Shown here: positions 46,555 to 56,613 of the stretch, in pieces
Position numbering within the stretch: position 1 is the first letter of the stretch
Layout of the letters: every line of letters starts with the position of its first letter
IMG/VR virus record: IMGVR_UViG_3300009008_000029
Coordinates: 11,784-75,783 of that record
Strand: one strand, 5' to 3'
Origin: a virus
DNA length: 64,000 nt
The notes under the pieces: model-generated
The model's database searches: none
Told to the model about the DNA's origin: nothing
Seen by the model: only the letters and a program-made list of their open reading frames with translations
Translations under genes and position numbers: made by a program

Positions 46555-49500
46555 ATGCCACGGAGAGTGAACCCCGGATCAATCAACACCGGCCCCGGCA
46601 AGACCGTTCCGGGCGACTCGGATAATCTTGTTTTGTACGGGGATGGGATGTCAGGGGTAGGGCCGAATATCGGTGTTCCCGGCCACATCCCGCCGGGTGG
46701 TTCTGCGGAAGCAGGATGGCCCAAGCCGTTCATTGAGGGTGGGGGTGGAAGTGGGCTGGAGATGCTCAAGATTCACCTTGAAGACCCCAAGAACGCACAC
46801 CCTGCGATTGCCATCAGTATTGATGGATATCCGCCGCTGGTCCTGTCCAACAATGTCGAGGGTGCCCTCGATGAGTTGATGGCTAACATTCCCCCCGAAC
46901 CCCCCAAGATTGGGCAGTACAAGCCCTACCTTACCTTGAACGGAATCCCCGACTGGGGTTACTTGCGTATGAATGACGGCCCTCTGGCTGTCCACACCGA
47001 CATTGGGTCCAACGAGACTGGCGACGGTGTCTACCCCTACTACTGGACGGCTCCTTCGCCGACTGAGGACGCTGTATTCACCACGCTAGGCAACGATCCT
47101 ATTACCGATACCCTTTGGAACGGCCCCTTGGTGAGTCCCCCCGTTGCGGGAACGCCGACGGGAGTTGCGGGTGCCTTCACCAACTCTTCGGATGAGGTTG
47201 TCCGTACCCGATTGTTCATGCCGATTGTTGTTGATGACGCTGTTGTAGAGACAATCTCCAACTTGTCCGGGGTCATTTACCCGGCGGACCGTGGTGTAGT
47301 AGCACTTCTGCACTGGCCAGCGGGCGGAACGTTGGTGACGGAGTTTCTGACACAGCCTCTGCTCGACCGGTGTTGGGGTGCTCTCCTTCTAGGTCAAGGC
47401 ATCATGGGCGGACAGCAGTGCATCAAAACGGTCGAGGATGCTGTTGAACTATGTGACGGAGACCCCGGCGGCATCTTTGCTCAGGGCACCACAGACGGCC
47501 ACTATGACCCGTTTACCTATCCGGGTAGGGCTACGGGTCAGTATGACCTCAGAGAGCTACACACGGGCGTTTCGGGCATTGACGGGACGGCCTTGCCCTC
47601 ACCTTGGGATTCGGGTGTGCCGAGGGTCTTGAATTCGGAGACACCGGGGGCCGGTCAGGTGCGTCTGGGAACGGACCCCTTGGCAGGGTCAGACCTGATC
47701 CAACCCTATGGGATTCCCATTTTGGGTGCCACGGTTGGTGCCTACAGCCCAGAACCGGCAGACACCATTCTGGATGACACCTACAAGTACGTTGGTCATA
47801 TGGCTTTGACCAGCGGCAACTTCATGAGATACCGGCTGCCCTACCTGAAGGACTACACGGTGGCCACGGGACTCAAGTACACACCAAAGGGTGTTGATCC
47901 TTACCTGACAAGAGAGTCGGCACGGTATTTGGAGGTCGCCGAACCTTATGACCCGGCCTCATCGGACATTGAGTCGGTAGGTGGGGTTGATGTACTCCGG
48001 CAAGGTGGGAACTATCCCAACTTTGAAGAGGACTACTGGGTCTGGCAGCTTGCTCGTATGCGTCAGATGATTTGGCGGGGTCCAGATGCGGTAGGGACCG
48101 AACTGGGAACCTTGTGGCTGGCCCATTTCAAGACAGAGAAAGATTTCGAATCTTGCGTCCGGGATGGGGTGATGCCTTGGGACGCCACCGACGGGTATGA
48201 GATGTACGGGATGCAGCTTGTGGCGGGTATTCCTCCGGTTGTCGGCAATCTGGTGAACGTGGATACCGGATTAACGGCAACGGATTTCCCAGCACCTACT
48301 TATGGGTACGGCTCGTTGTCCTACCATATCCTTCGGTCTTCCGGGTTCGTTGCTGACTATTCCACGTTGCCTACGGCGACGACAGCAACATGGTCCTACT
48401 CCGTTCCGGGGGCGACCTCGCCGGGCGTTGTCTGTGTCTCTGGGGTCTGCTACTTCACCCCCCTGACGACGGCTGGTGTTCAATCCTTCCAGATTGATGA
48501 TCTCGATGCTGTCTATTCTGATGCGTGGAAAGACGGATACCGGACCGACGATAATCCGTTGACTAATGATGCGTCACCCGCAGCCCCTGTAGTTCTGTCC
48601 AGTGCAAACCCAGCGTTCTTGGGTTTGGCACCCTTCAGCTATGCGACTGAGGCTGCTGTTCCCACATTCGATATCCCGATTGGGTTTACGGATGCGAGGG
48701 GTAAGCGGCTCCAACGGGTTGAGTTCCCCTACACCAAACTGGGTAGCAATGCGGGTGGGGATTTCGCTGAGGACAATGGGCCACAGGATGCAGATGACCT
48801 TGAGGTCCATCTGGATGGGACACTCAGCCCTCTGGGTGACAAGAGTGTTGCGGCGTTCAGTACGGATGCTGCGCCCCGATTCTTCATCCGGCGGCCTTGG
48901 ATTGTTGACCCGATTCAACCCGTAGACGGGACCAGTCTGGGTACTAAACTGGCTCTGGCAGATACCTCTGGCCATAAGGTCATGTTCCACTCGGGGTACT
49001 TTGACGAGTCCGAGGGGTCTTACGGAAACCATGTTGATGGCAACGATAGGGTCTTTGCCTGTTTGTTGACCTCAGCGAAGGATTCCGCCGAGGTCTTCTT
49101 GGATGAGACCTATCGTATCCGGGAAGAGTGGCATAGTGACCTAGGGACAACGCAGACGGTCCTTGCCGGTCCGGGAATGAAGAACTGGGTCGGCGACGGC
49201 ATAGCGGTTCCTGTCCGCATGGGCGATTTGACAGGGTACAACGGGACCATTGAAGACCTATGGAAGACCTCATGCTTCGTTCATGAGGGGCTTCACGCTG
49301 CGGCACTTCCCAGCGGCGAGCTTCGGGTGGGTGGTTTGCCTGAGCGTAATCCTCCGGCTACGAACTGGTTGACGGACCCCTTCCCTGCGGCGGGGCTGCT
49401 TTGTTACCCCCAGACGGATTACAGTTCTGACTACCGGCCTTCCTTTGCTGAGACGGGGTATGCACAGCCCGACTATTCTGGGGAGACGGGACGCAAGAAG

Positions 49501-50121
49501 TTCGTTCGATGTCTCGATGCCTCGTTTGTTCGTAATGCAACCCAACGAATTGATGCTGCGGGGCAACCCTTCTTTGTCATTCAGATTGATGGCCTGACCC
49601 TTGACGATTTCAAGTATCAGGCACCGGGACCGGGTAAGTACAACGATGCCAACATCGGGATCGCTATTTCGGTCAAGATTCCGGGTTTGACGACGTGGAT
49701 GGATCTGGGTCGGCTTGACGGGGACGGACCCGGAAAGCAGGACAATACCGTTGATGGTGCTGGTTGTCAGGTAGCTGGGCCTTACACATACACGGGCGTC
49801 AGTTCCTCCACAGGGATGGTGTTCAGTCAGGTCCAAGTGCATGTGGGGCCGGATGTAGCATTGGCTTACGGTGCCTCCTATGACGACGCTGGGACAACTC
49901 GGTATGAGGTTCCAGTTCTGGTCAAGGTTGAAATGACGGAAGCGGCTGTAGACTACAACCTGACGAAACCTGCCACGGGGGTGGGGACGTTTGGTAGTGC
50001 CGACCCCTCGGCGTTGGCACACCAAATCCGAGGGGTCACCGGTATTTCGATTCTACACCCCTCCCGGTGGGTTGCTTTGACGGAAGAGATGAAAACCCTG
50101 TACGACACCCTGCTGGGATGA
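46555..50121 (+). CDS. Tail fibre-associated structural protein
   Basis: ATG 46555 after AGGGAG, preferred over TTG 46501. Carries the fibre-type motif HLEDPKNAHPAIAIS...NVEGALDEL and is acidic and Gly/Pro-rich. Confidence 0.65.
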   Translation: MPRRVNPGSINTGPGKTVPGDSDNLVLYGDGMSGVGPNIGVPGHIPPGGSAEAGWPKPFIEGGGGSGLEMLKIHLEDPKNAHPAIAISIDGYPPLVLSNNVEGALDELMANIPPEPPKIGQYKPYLTLNGIPDWGYLRMNDGPLAVHTDIGSNETGDGVYPYYWTAPSPTEDAVFTTLGNDPITDTLWNGPLVSPPVAGTPTGVAGAFTNSSDEVVRTRLFMPIVVDDAVVETISNLSGVIYPADRGVVALLHWPAGGTLVTEFLTQPLLDRCWGALLLGQGIMGGQQCIKTVEDAVELCDGDPGGIFAQGTTDGHYDPFTYPGRATGQYDLRELHTGVSGIDGTALPSPWDSGVPRVLNSETPGAGQVRLGTDPLAGSDLIQPYGIPILGATVGAYSPEPADTILDDTYKYVGHMALTSGNFMRYRLPYLKDYTVATGLKYTPKGVDPYLTRESARYLEVAEPYDPASSDIESVGGVDVLRQGGNYPNFEEDYWVWQLARMRQMIWRGPDAVGTELGTLWLAHFKTEKDFESCVRDGVMPWDATDGYEMYGMQLVAGIPPVVGNLVNVDTGLTATDFPAPTYGYGSLSYHILRSSGFVADYSTLPTATTATWSYSVPGATSPGVVCVSGVCYFTPLTTAGVQSFQIDDLDAVYSDAWKDGYRTDDNPLTNDASPAAPVVLSSANPAFLGLAPFSYATEAAVPTFDIPIGFTDARGKRLQRVEFPYTKLGSNAGGDFAEDNGPQDADDLEVHLDGTLSPLGDKSVAAFSTDAAPRFFIRRPWIVDPIQPVDGTSLGTKLALADTSGHKVMFHSGYFDESEGSYGNHVDGNDRVFACLLTSAKDSAEVFLDETYRIREEWHSDLGTTQTVLAGPGMKNWVGDGIAVPVRMGDLTGYNGTIEDLWKTSCFVHEGLHAAALPSGELRVGGLPERNPPATNWLTDPFPAAGLLCYPQTDYSSDYRPSFAETGYAQPDYSGETGRKKFVRCLDASFVRNATQRIDAAGQPFFVIQIDGLTLDDFKYQAPGPGKYNDANIGIAISVKIPGLTTWMDLGRLDGDGPGKQDNTVDGAGCQVAGPYTYTGVSSSTGMVFSQVQVHVGPDVALAYGASYDDAGTTRYEVPVLVKVEMTEAAVDYNLTKPATGVGTFGSADPSALAHQIRGVTGISILHPSRWVALTEEMKTLYDTLLG

Positions 50122-50134
50122 CGTGGAGTGACTG

Positions 50135-53100
50135 ATGACGACGATCAATAAAGATGCATGGCAAGAGCGATTGACCACACGGACTACGGTGCCAGCTTCC
50201 GAGGTGGTACAGGCTGTGGAGGCCATTCGTGGCCTTGCGGGTTCGTGGGCCGCTGCCTATGCCTTTGATCTGGGGGTCCGTTCCACTACGGCACAGAATT
50301 CCAGTGCCCCCTCCCCGATCCTTGCCAAGACCTCCAAATTGGGACAGCCCGGCTTCCCGGAGATCAACTTTGCACCCTACTCCCACGGCACCAACCGTTT
50401 CGGAACCAAGGGCGGTTCTTTCATCGGGCACCCCATTTCCTTCTCACCGGTAGGTCCAACGGGGAAACACTCGGACGTTGTTTGGCGGTGGAAGGTCACG
50501 GATAACTCCGGTGAGGCCGAGGGCGATATTCTGGAGATGGAAGATCAGACTCTGAATGAGCAGGTCACCACCCTCTACGGGATTGAGGATGCAACCTCCG
50601 TGTACTTCCCCGGCGGCCTGTACGTTGTCATTTCCCAGACGGGCGACCCCGGTTTGCTGGGCTCATCAGCGGGTGGTTTGGGTGACGGGTATCTGAGGAA
50701 TCAGGCTGCGGGTGACGTGCCCTTGACCCCTGCGGATTCCACCAGCAAGTACGAGATCTTCCGGGTCATTTCACTGGACCGGGTTACGAGGACCAAACTC
50801 ACGTTGGACCCCGCCAAGCGTTTGGCGGACTACTTCACCATCGCCGAGGGGCCGGATGTACCTTACGTAGACAAGATCATGCTCCTTCAGCCCCAAGCAA
50901 CTCGTTTGGTTGCGGTTCCCACCCCCGGTGAGACAAAGGGTGCGGAGCAGACCTTTGCGGTAGTGCCGCCCCCTAGGGCACTCAACACGGATGAGCAGTA
51001 CCCCTTGAACCAATGGAAAACGGCGACATGGCAAGAGGACGCTTTCCCGAACCACGATCTGGCTGCGGGAACGGACTTCGAATACACCAACAAGCCGTTA
51101 ACCCCGTTGGCCAAGCCCACCGGCAAGAGCACTCTTTGGTTGTACGGAACTGCCGGTGATACCGCTGCGGAGGCCATCCCAGCGGGCCGTTTTGCTGTGT
51201 TGGAAAGGTACGGGGATTCCGCCCGTGTGGGAGACATTATCCGGGTCCATGATGTGAATGCCCGAGGTGATGCGGTGATGAACCCGGACTCCGGGACGGG
51301 TCGTCGTGCTTCGTTGGACACGCTTCTGGGTTACTTTGAGGTCATGGAACTGTTCACCGGGGGCTACTACGTCCGGCGGATGGAGGAGATGTCCCCAGAT
51401 ACGGGACAGATGTTTGTTGGTAGCTGGCCGAGTCTCTGTCAGGAAGGAACCCCCAGCAATACGAGCCACATCGAACTTCAGGTCACCATTCATAGTTCTG
51501 TATCCTCACTATGGACGGGCACATATTATGATGTGACGGAGTTGGAATCCGTCCGACTTCGGAACCTGATCGACCCCTCACAGGTCAAATCCACGGCGAA
51601 AGTACCAGAGGACACCCTCGTTACCAGCACGACACGGCTATTGGGTCAGAGCAAGGGCCGGGCGGACCGGGCCGTCTTTGATACCAGTTCTACAAACTCG
51701 GGTGTTGCAAACTCCAATGCTGATCCCGGCAACCTGCTGGACCTTGGATTCCGCATGGTCTTGTACCCGGCGGTTGCCCGGACAGAGACCATCAACCCAG
51801 CCGGAGATACCGCAATCCTGACGGCACCCGATTGGGATCGTCCTATCAAGACGAACGAGGTCGTTCTCGATCCTTCCAAGCCGGAGGAGAAGCAGTACAT
51901 CGAGGTGGACTACTCCAACGGAATGGTTCACCTTTCACACGTCCCGACAGAAGGCAGTGACGTGTGGCCCGGTGACATGACGGACGTTACCGACAACCCC
52001 AGAGGCGAACTGGTCCTGTTTGCTTGCTGCGTGCCCTACTCCCAAGAGGAAGGGCAGATGGGAACGGGTGTCCGGGCGACGGCTTCCGCTATCACTGGAG
52101 TCCCTGACCAGTGTGTCCCAGACCCGGTAGGTGGGGCCGACCAGAATCAGACGGATGCATTCAGTACCCGTCTTTGCTACCCCCTGATTGCTCAGACCAT
52201 CACAACGAACCACGACGGCACAGGAACCATCACACTCTCTGGAGAGGTCAAGGACAACATCCCCATGTCGGGGTTCATTGACATCCTTGCGGGTACCACA
52301 CCTCTGGGTGAGCCCCTCTTTGCCGACTACGTGAATTATACGAACTGGCGGGGGACTACTTTTGGGTACTCCGGGGTGGCAGAGGTCGGTGGCAACACTC
52401 TCCTTTACAACGTCTACGGCGGCGGCCAGACGGGTAACACCTTTGATGTGACGGTGGCGGCCCCTGCGGTAGCCGTGTGGCGACGTGACGTGACTCTACC
52501 GCAAGACAGCCGGGGTGACGTAGGGACACCTTATCAGTACGACACGACCTACGGTGGGGCCAAGCGGTCTGGGGTACTGCGGTTTGAGGATACCACCTTG
52601 CGGGCCAATGCTGATGGGTCCACAACGGTCATCCCGAATCAGTCCAAAGCCGAGGCAAATCAGGCTTTGATGGGAGACCTGTTCTCATCTTGGGTTCTCA
52701 GCGGCCTTCAGGTGTCCACCCACACATCCGAGGACGTCAACTACATCTACTGCCCCTACACCACGGGCACGATTCTCATGCGAGGTGTGTACCAGACCGT
52801 TCCGGCATCGACGGTAGCGATTCCCCGTGAAGTTGGGACCAACTACGTCTATCTCAACAGCACCTCTGGAAATATCTGTGTGACGGCTCAGAGTCAGGTA
52901 GCCCTTCCGCTGCCGGACCCGGAGGACATCTTGCTGGCCAAGGTTACGGTCACGGTGGTGGGCGAGCCGTCCACCACCGTAGTGACGGACCTCCGGTATT
53001 TCCTGCGGGACGTAGACCGCCGGGCGGACATCTACGTAGGGGAATATGCAGATGGTTGGGATGCTTCCTTTCAACCTCATTTCAAGACGTTGAAGGCGGC

Positions 53101-55780
53101 AATCGACTATGTGAACGAGTTGGGGGCACCGACAGCGGGTTCCTCAATCCAAACCTTCCGTATTAGGGTGGTGGGCCGGACAGTTGAATCGGACCCAATT
53201 TCCATCGGGGTTGACGGATTGGTAGTCGAGGGTGCGCTACAAGCGGATGGTGCGGCACCTTTCCCGGAGATTTGCTGGTCTAGAGATGATGATCTCATTG
53301 ACCTTGCGGGGCACAACGACATCGTATTCCGCAACGTGCCTTTCCGGTACACGGGGTCGGCCACCCCGACTGGCAAGTATGTGTTTACAGATTCGGTTGG
53401 GAGTAACCAGAATCTTGTCATCGAGCATTGCGTGGCTAGGGGTTACGTTGATGGACTCATCCACAGTGAGGTGGCTGAGACCATCAACGCTCGGATCACT
53501 CACAACACGGTCCCAGAGGCATACATCACGGGTGTCTACGGGTACTTCAAGGGTTGCACAATCCAGCACAACATCATTACGGCTGCTGCGGGCATCCCGG
53601 AGGATTTGGCTGCGATCCAACTGACGAGTTTGAGTGGGGATGCGTGGGCGGGGAATACAACCTCTCACAATATCACGACCGGATTCAAACATGGGGTGTT
53701 GGACCAATCCCGTGGAAGCCGGGTTGAAACGAACTACGTGGTGGACAGTACCAACATTGGGATCGTAGGCGAGGGGCTGGCATCCATCAGTTACAACTAT
53801 TGCTCCAACGTGTTCACGACTGATCCAACGACCTCCGCCATGCGGGTTGGTCTCTATGCCAAGATCCCTGCGGCCCCCACTCCTGCAACACAAGTGGTTG
53901 GGAACTACGTTGTTATGACGGATGATTTCGATCCTCTGGGGGGGACAGCGGGCAATCAGGCTTACCGGGCTGCTATTCTTGTGGAGGCGGTGAGCGGGGC
54001 GAGTGCCTCGGACCGTAACCCTCTGGTCGTAGGAAACCATTGCCTGTACAACCCGGCGTCACCGACACTCGCACCCATGTTGATTCTGGGTGACCATGTG
54101 GTAGTTGAATCCAACCCCTGTGACATCGTGGTCTGGGGTGGGGGCAACAAACTTGTGGCCAACTCCTCCAACGTGATTTACGTGAATTATGACGTGTATC
54201 ACTGGTGGTACAACGATCCCAGTCAAAACGGGGAGCCGGGCGGTGACCCTGCGCCTCCTCCTACAACACCCAATACGTTGATTGGCAACACGACCATCAC
54301 AGCAGCGGCGTTGTCATATTACACGATTGCCCAAGGCAATGTGTTTGGGGGGACCGGAACCATCGGGATTGGGACATATGTCGCTTCCCTTTGCCAGCTT
54401 ACGGGGAACAAAATCACTCACCTCAAGGATTTTGAGGAATGGGAGACAGGATTCGTATTGGTTACGGGTGTTGGACTGCATGGGAACAATATCGTTTCGG
54501 TGGGGGAAGATAATCTTGGTGCCACCGATAACATCTGGCCCGGCTTGAAGACCAAGGCTGTTGGTAATGATTGGGACTCCGATGTGGTTCTCTCCGGGGG
54601 TTATCTGCTTCTCGACGGGAATTCCTTTGACCAATCCTTATCCTGCACAGCCGCAAGTAACAGCCTCATCTGTAACAACCGGGTGGGTGACCCCATTTCG
54701 AATGACAACACTACGTTTACTGTCATTGGAGGGCTTCTTAAGGTCGCAAACAATCTGGTCATGGGTAAGGACTCGGTCACCGGAACATTGACCTTCTCAG
54801 GGGGCTACAGCCAGGCCGTTGGCAACACTTTCATTCAGGGTGGAACCCTAGGCGGTACGGTTACCGTATCGGGGTTGTCCGCCTCGGTCCAAGGCAATCA
54901 GGCCCAGAACCTCGTTGGAACTTCCATCTATCAGGCTGCCATTACGGGCAACACCATGTTGGATGGGATCACACTTAGCGGGAACAATTTGACGGTCACG
55001 GGCAACACCGTGACGAATACGGACGGGTTCATCCAAACGTCCCACGGGGCCACCTACAAGGACATTGCGGTTGTTGGGAACAAGGCCGAGATCATCAATG
55101 TGTACACCAGTGAGACCTCGGCAACGGGGAACGTATGCTTGACGATGAACGTAGGCAACGGGGCCGATGACATTACTCGTCTGGCGGTAGAGGGGAATGT
55201 CGTTGAGGATGACATCATTTTCAATGGTGTTTCGGAACTGACGGTTCTCGGTAATGTGTTGCCCTCCGGTGGCAAGATCACCTTGAACGATGATGTGTAC
55301 CATTTCACGGTCCAAGGCAACAGGTCACAAGAATTGCAGATCGACGGTGATTTTGGGGCCATCAATGGCAACTTGGTGTGGTACGCCAACGGGACTGATG
55401 CTTTGACCCTCGGTGGGGGTAACCTTACTGTCGGGGGCAACTTTGTTTGGGGAAATATGGTCTTGAGTCGGGTCACCGGCTACACCACCGTCTCCGCAAA
55501 CCGAATCTACTCCAATGACGAGGCCACGACTGAAAGCAACATACGGATCGAGAAGGACGGGTCTTATACCCCCGATGGCTTGATCGTCACCGATAACTTC
55601 GTCAACGGTCAAATTTTGCTCTGGGATACCGTTGCGGGTGCGGGCATTTCGCCACCCCAGGGTGGCTGGTATTATGTTGTCAGGAACAATCGGGCGACGG
55701 AGATCTTTGAGACCGTCATCACTTTGAAGCAGCTCCCTGTCCCGGCCGATATCGATGTTGAAAACATCTTGAGTTCGTGA
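50135..55780 (+). CDS. Tailspike-like protein with C-terminal right-handed parallel beta-helix (putative receptor binding/depolymerase)
   Basis: The cap motif IYVG...FKTLKAAIDY precedes many hydrophobic-x-(G/H/N)-N repeats (ITHN, IQHN, VVGN, LTGN, VQGN, ITGN, VEGN, VLGN, VTDN). RBS GGAG. Confidence 0.75.
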   Translation: MTTINKDAWQERLTTRTTVPASEVVQAVEAIRGLAGSWAAAYAFDLGVRSTTAQNSSAPSPILAKTSKLGQPGFPEINFAPYSHGTNRFGTKGGSFIGHPISFSPVGPTGKHSDVVWRWKVTDNSGEAEGDILEMEDQTLNEQVTTLYGIEDATSVYFPGGLYVVISQTGDPGLLGSSAGGLGDGYLRNQAAGDVPLTPADSTSKYEIFRVISLDRVTRTKLTLDPAKRLADYFTIAEGPDVPYVDKIMLLQPQATRLVAVPTPGETKGAEQTFAVVPPPRALNTDEQYPLNQWKTATWQEDAFPNHDLAAGTDFEYTNKPLTPLAKPTGKSTLWLYGTAGDTAAEAIPAGRFAVLERYGDSARVGDIIRVHDVNARGDAVMNPDSGTGRRASLDTLLGYFEVMELFTGGYYVRRMEEMSPDTGQMFVGSWPSLCQEGTPSNTSHIELQVTIHSSVSSLWTGTYYDVTELESVRLRNLIDPSQVKSTAKVPEDTLVTSTTRLLGQSKGRADRAVFDTSSTNSGVANSNADPGNLLDLGFRMVLYPAVARTETINPAGDTAILTAPDWDRPIKTNEVVLDPSKPEEKQYIEVDYSNGMVHLSHVPTEGSDVWPGDMTDVTDNPRGELVLFACCVPYSQEEGQMGTGVRATASAITGVPDQCVPDPVGGADQNQTDAFSTRLCYPLIAQTITTNHDGTGTITLSGEVKDNIPMSGFIDILAGTTPLGEPLFADYVNYTNWRGTTFGYSGVAEVGGNTLLYNVYGGGQTGNTFDVTVAAPAVAVWRRDVTLPQDSRGDVGTPYQYDTTYGGAKRSGVLRFEDTTLRANADGSTTVIPNQSKAEANQALMGDLFSSWVLSGLQVSTHTSEDVNYIYCPYTTGTILMRGVYQTVPASTVAIPREVGTNYVYLNSTSGNICVTAQSQVALPLPDPEDILLAKVTVTVVGEPSTTVVTDLRYFLRDVDRRADIYVGEYADGWDASFQPHFKTLKAAIDYVNELGAPTAGSSIQTFRIRVVGRTVESDPISIGVDGLVVEGALQADGAAPFPEICWSRDDDLIDLAGHNDIVFRNVPFRYTGSATPTGKYVFTDSVGSNQNLVIEHCVARGYVDGLIHSEVAETINARITHNTVPEAYITGVYGYFKGCTIQHNIITAAAGIPEDLAAIQLTSLSGDAWAGNTTSHNITTGFKHGVLDQSRGSRVETNYVVDSTNIGIVGEGLASISYNYCSNVFTTDPTTSAMRVGLYAKIPAAPTPATQVVGNYVVMTDDFDPLGGTAGNQAYRAAILVEAVSGASASDRNPLVVGNHCLYNPASPTLAPMLILGDHVVVESNPCDIVVWGGGNKLVANSSNVIYVNYDVYHWWYNDPSQNGEPGGDPAPPPTTPNTLIGNTTITAAALSYYTIAQGNVFGGTGTIGIGTYVASLCQLTGNKITHLKDFEEWETGFVLVTGVGLHGNNIVSVGEDNLGATDNIWPGLKTKAVGNDWDSDVVLSGGYLLLDGNSFDQSLSCTAASNSLICNNRVGDPISNDNTTFTVIGGLLKVANNLVMGKDSVTGTLTFSGGYSQAVGNTFIQGGTLGGTVTVSGLSASVQGNQAQNLVGTSIYQAAITGNTMLDGITLSGNNLTVTGNTVTNTDGFIQTSHGATYKDIAVVGNKAEIINVYTSETSATGNVCLTMNVGNGADDITRLAVEGNVVEDDIIFNGVSELTVLGNVLPSGGKITLNDDVYHFTVQGNRSQELQIDGDFGAINGNLVWYANGTDALTLGGGNLTVGGNFVWGNMVLSRVTGYTTVSANRIYSNDEATTESNIRIEKDGSYTPDGLIVTDNFVNGQILLWDTVAGAGISPPQGGWYYVVRNNRATEIFETVITLKQLPVPADIDVENILSS

Positions 55781-55788
55781 GGTAATCC

Positions 55789-56604
55789 ATGAGGATACTC
55801 GTTGATTTGAAAAGCCATGTAACCGGATCGCCGGTCGTCACACAGGTGGAGAAGGTTCCACCCCCCGGCGTCGGCGTGGCCATCAACGGCAAGTACGTCC
55901 TCCCAATCCTGACGGGGGCCGAGTTTCCTGTGGATTCTACCTCCTATATTCTGCATGGGGCGGGCGAGATTGACGGTGGAGACCTATCCAGCATTTCCTT
56001 TGCCCATTTGTTGGCGATGTACCCCGGCTTTGGCCACATCTACTTCAACCCCCTCCTGACTGCGGACAATGTCGGAGAGTTGGATTTCACCAAGGAGTTC
56101 ATCGATCAGTCCTTGGACCCGGTTGCAACCTTCACACCCCGGCTTCAGACGGGGCGAGAACCGGGTGACGATGAAGGCCAAATGCCCACCCACACGGCTC
56201 TGCTGGCAGCCAACAGTGCGATGGACCCCGCTCGTCCGGGTCTGATTATTTCGGACCTGATCGATATCGGACCCTACACCTTGGATAGTCAGGGCAATGA
56301 GGTAGGGACTGATGAGTTCATGCTCTACTGGAAGATTCTGGGGTTCTCGGTCAGTGACGATGTTGCGGCTGATTATGGGGCGTTAGCGGATACCAACACC
56401 CCCGCAATTCGACAGGTCACTGAGGTGGATCAAGAGCCGGATGGGTTTTCGGCCTATATATCCCCGGATGATGGAGCGAACTGGTGCGAGGTAGGCTTGC
56501 TTGAACCAGTAGCCTTTGTTGAAAAGACGACCCAGATCCGGGTGGCGTTCAAGAACACGTCATCGAGTAAGGTGTTCTTGGCCCACTTTGCGGTTTTGTT
56601 CTAG
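55789..56604 (+). CDS. Fibre-associated beta-sandwich protein
   Basis: 271 aa, RBS GAGG. An Asp-box-like SPDDGANW lies near the C-terminus. The gene sits between two fibre genes. Confidence 0.6.
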   Translation: MRILVDLKSHVTGSPVVTQVEKVPPPGVGVAINGKYVLPILTGAEFPVDSTSYILHGAGEIDGGDLSSISFAHLLAMYPGFGHIYFNPLLTADNVGELDFTKEFIDQSLDPVATFTPRLQTGREPGDDEGQMPTHTALLAANSAMDPARPGLIISDLIDIGPYTLDSQGNEVGTDEFMLYWKILGFSVSDDVAADYGALADTNTPAIRQVTEVDQEPDGFSAYISPDDGANWCEVGLLEPVAFVEKTTQIRVAFKNTSSSKVFLAHFAVLF

Positions 56605-56613
56605 GAGACGAAT

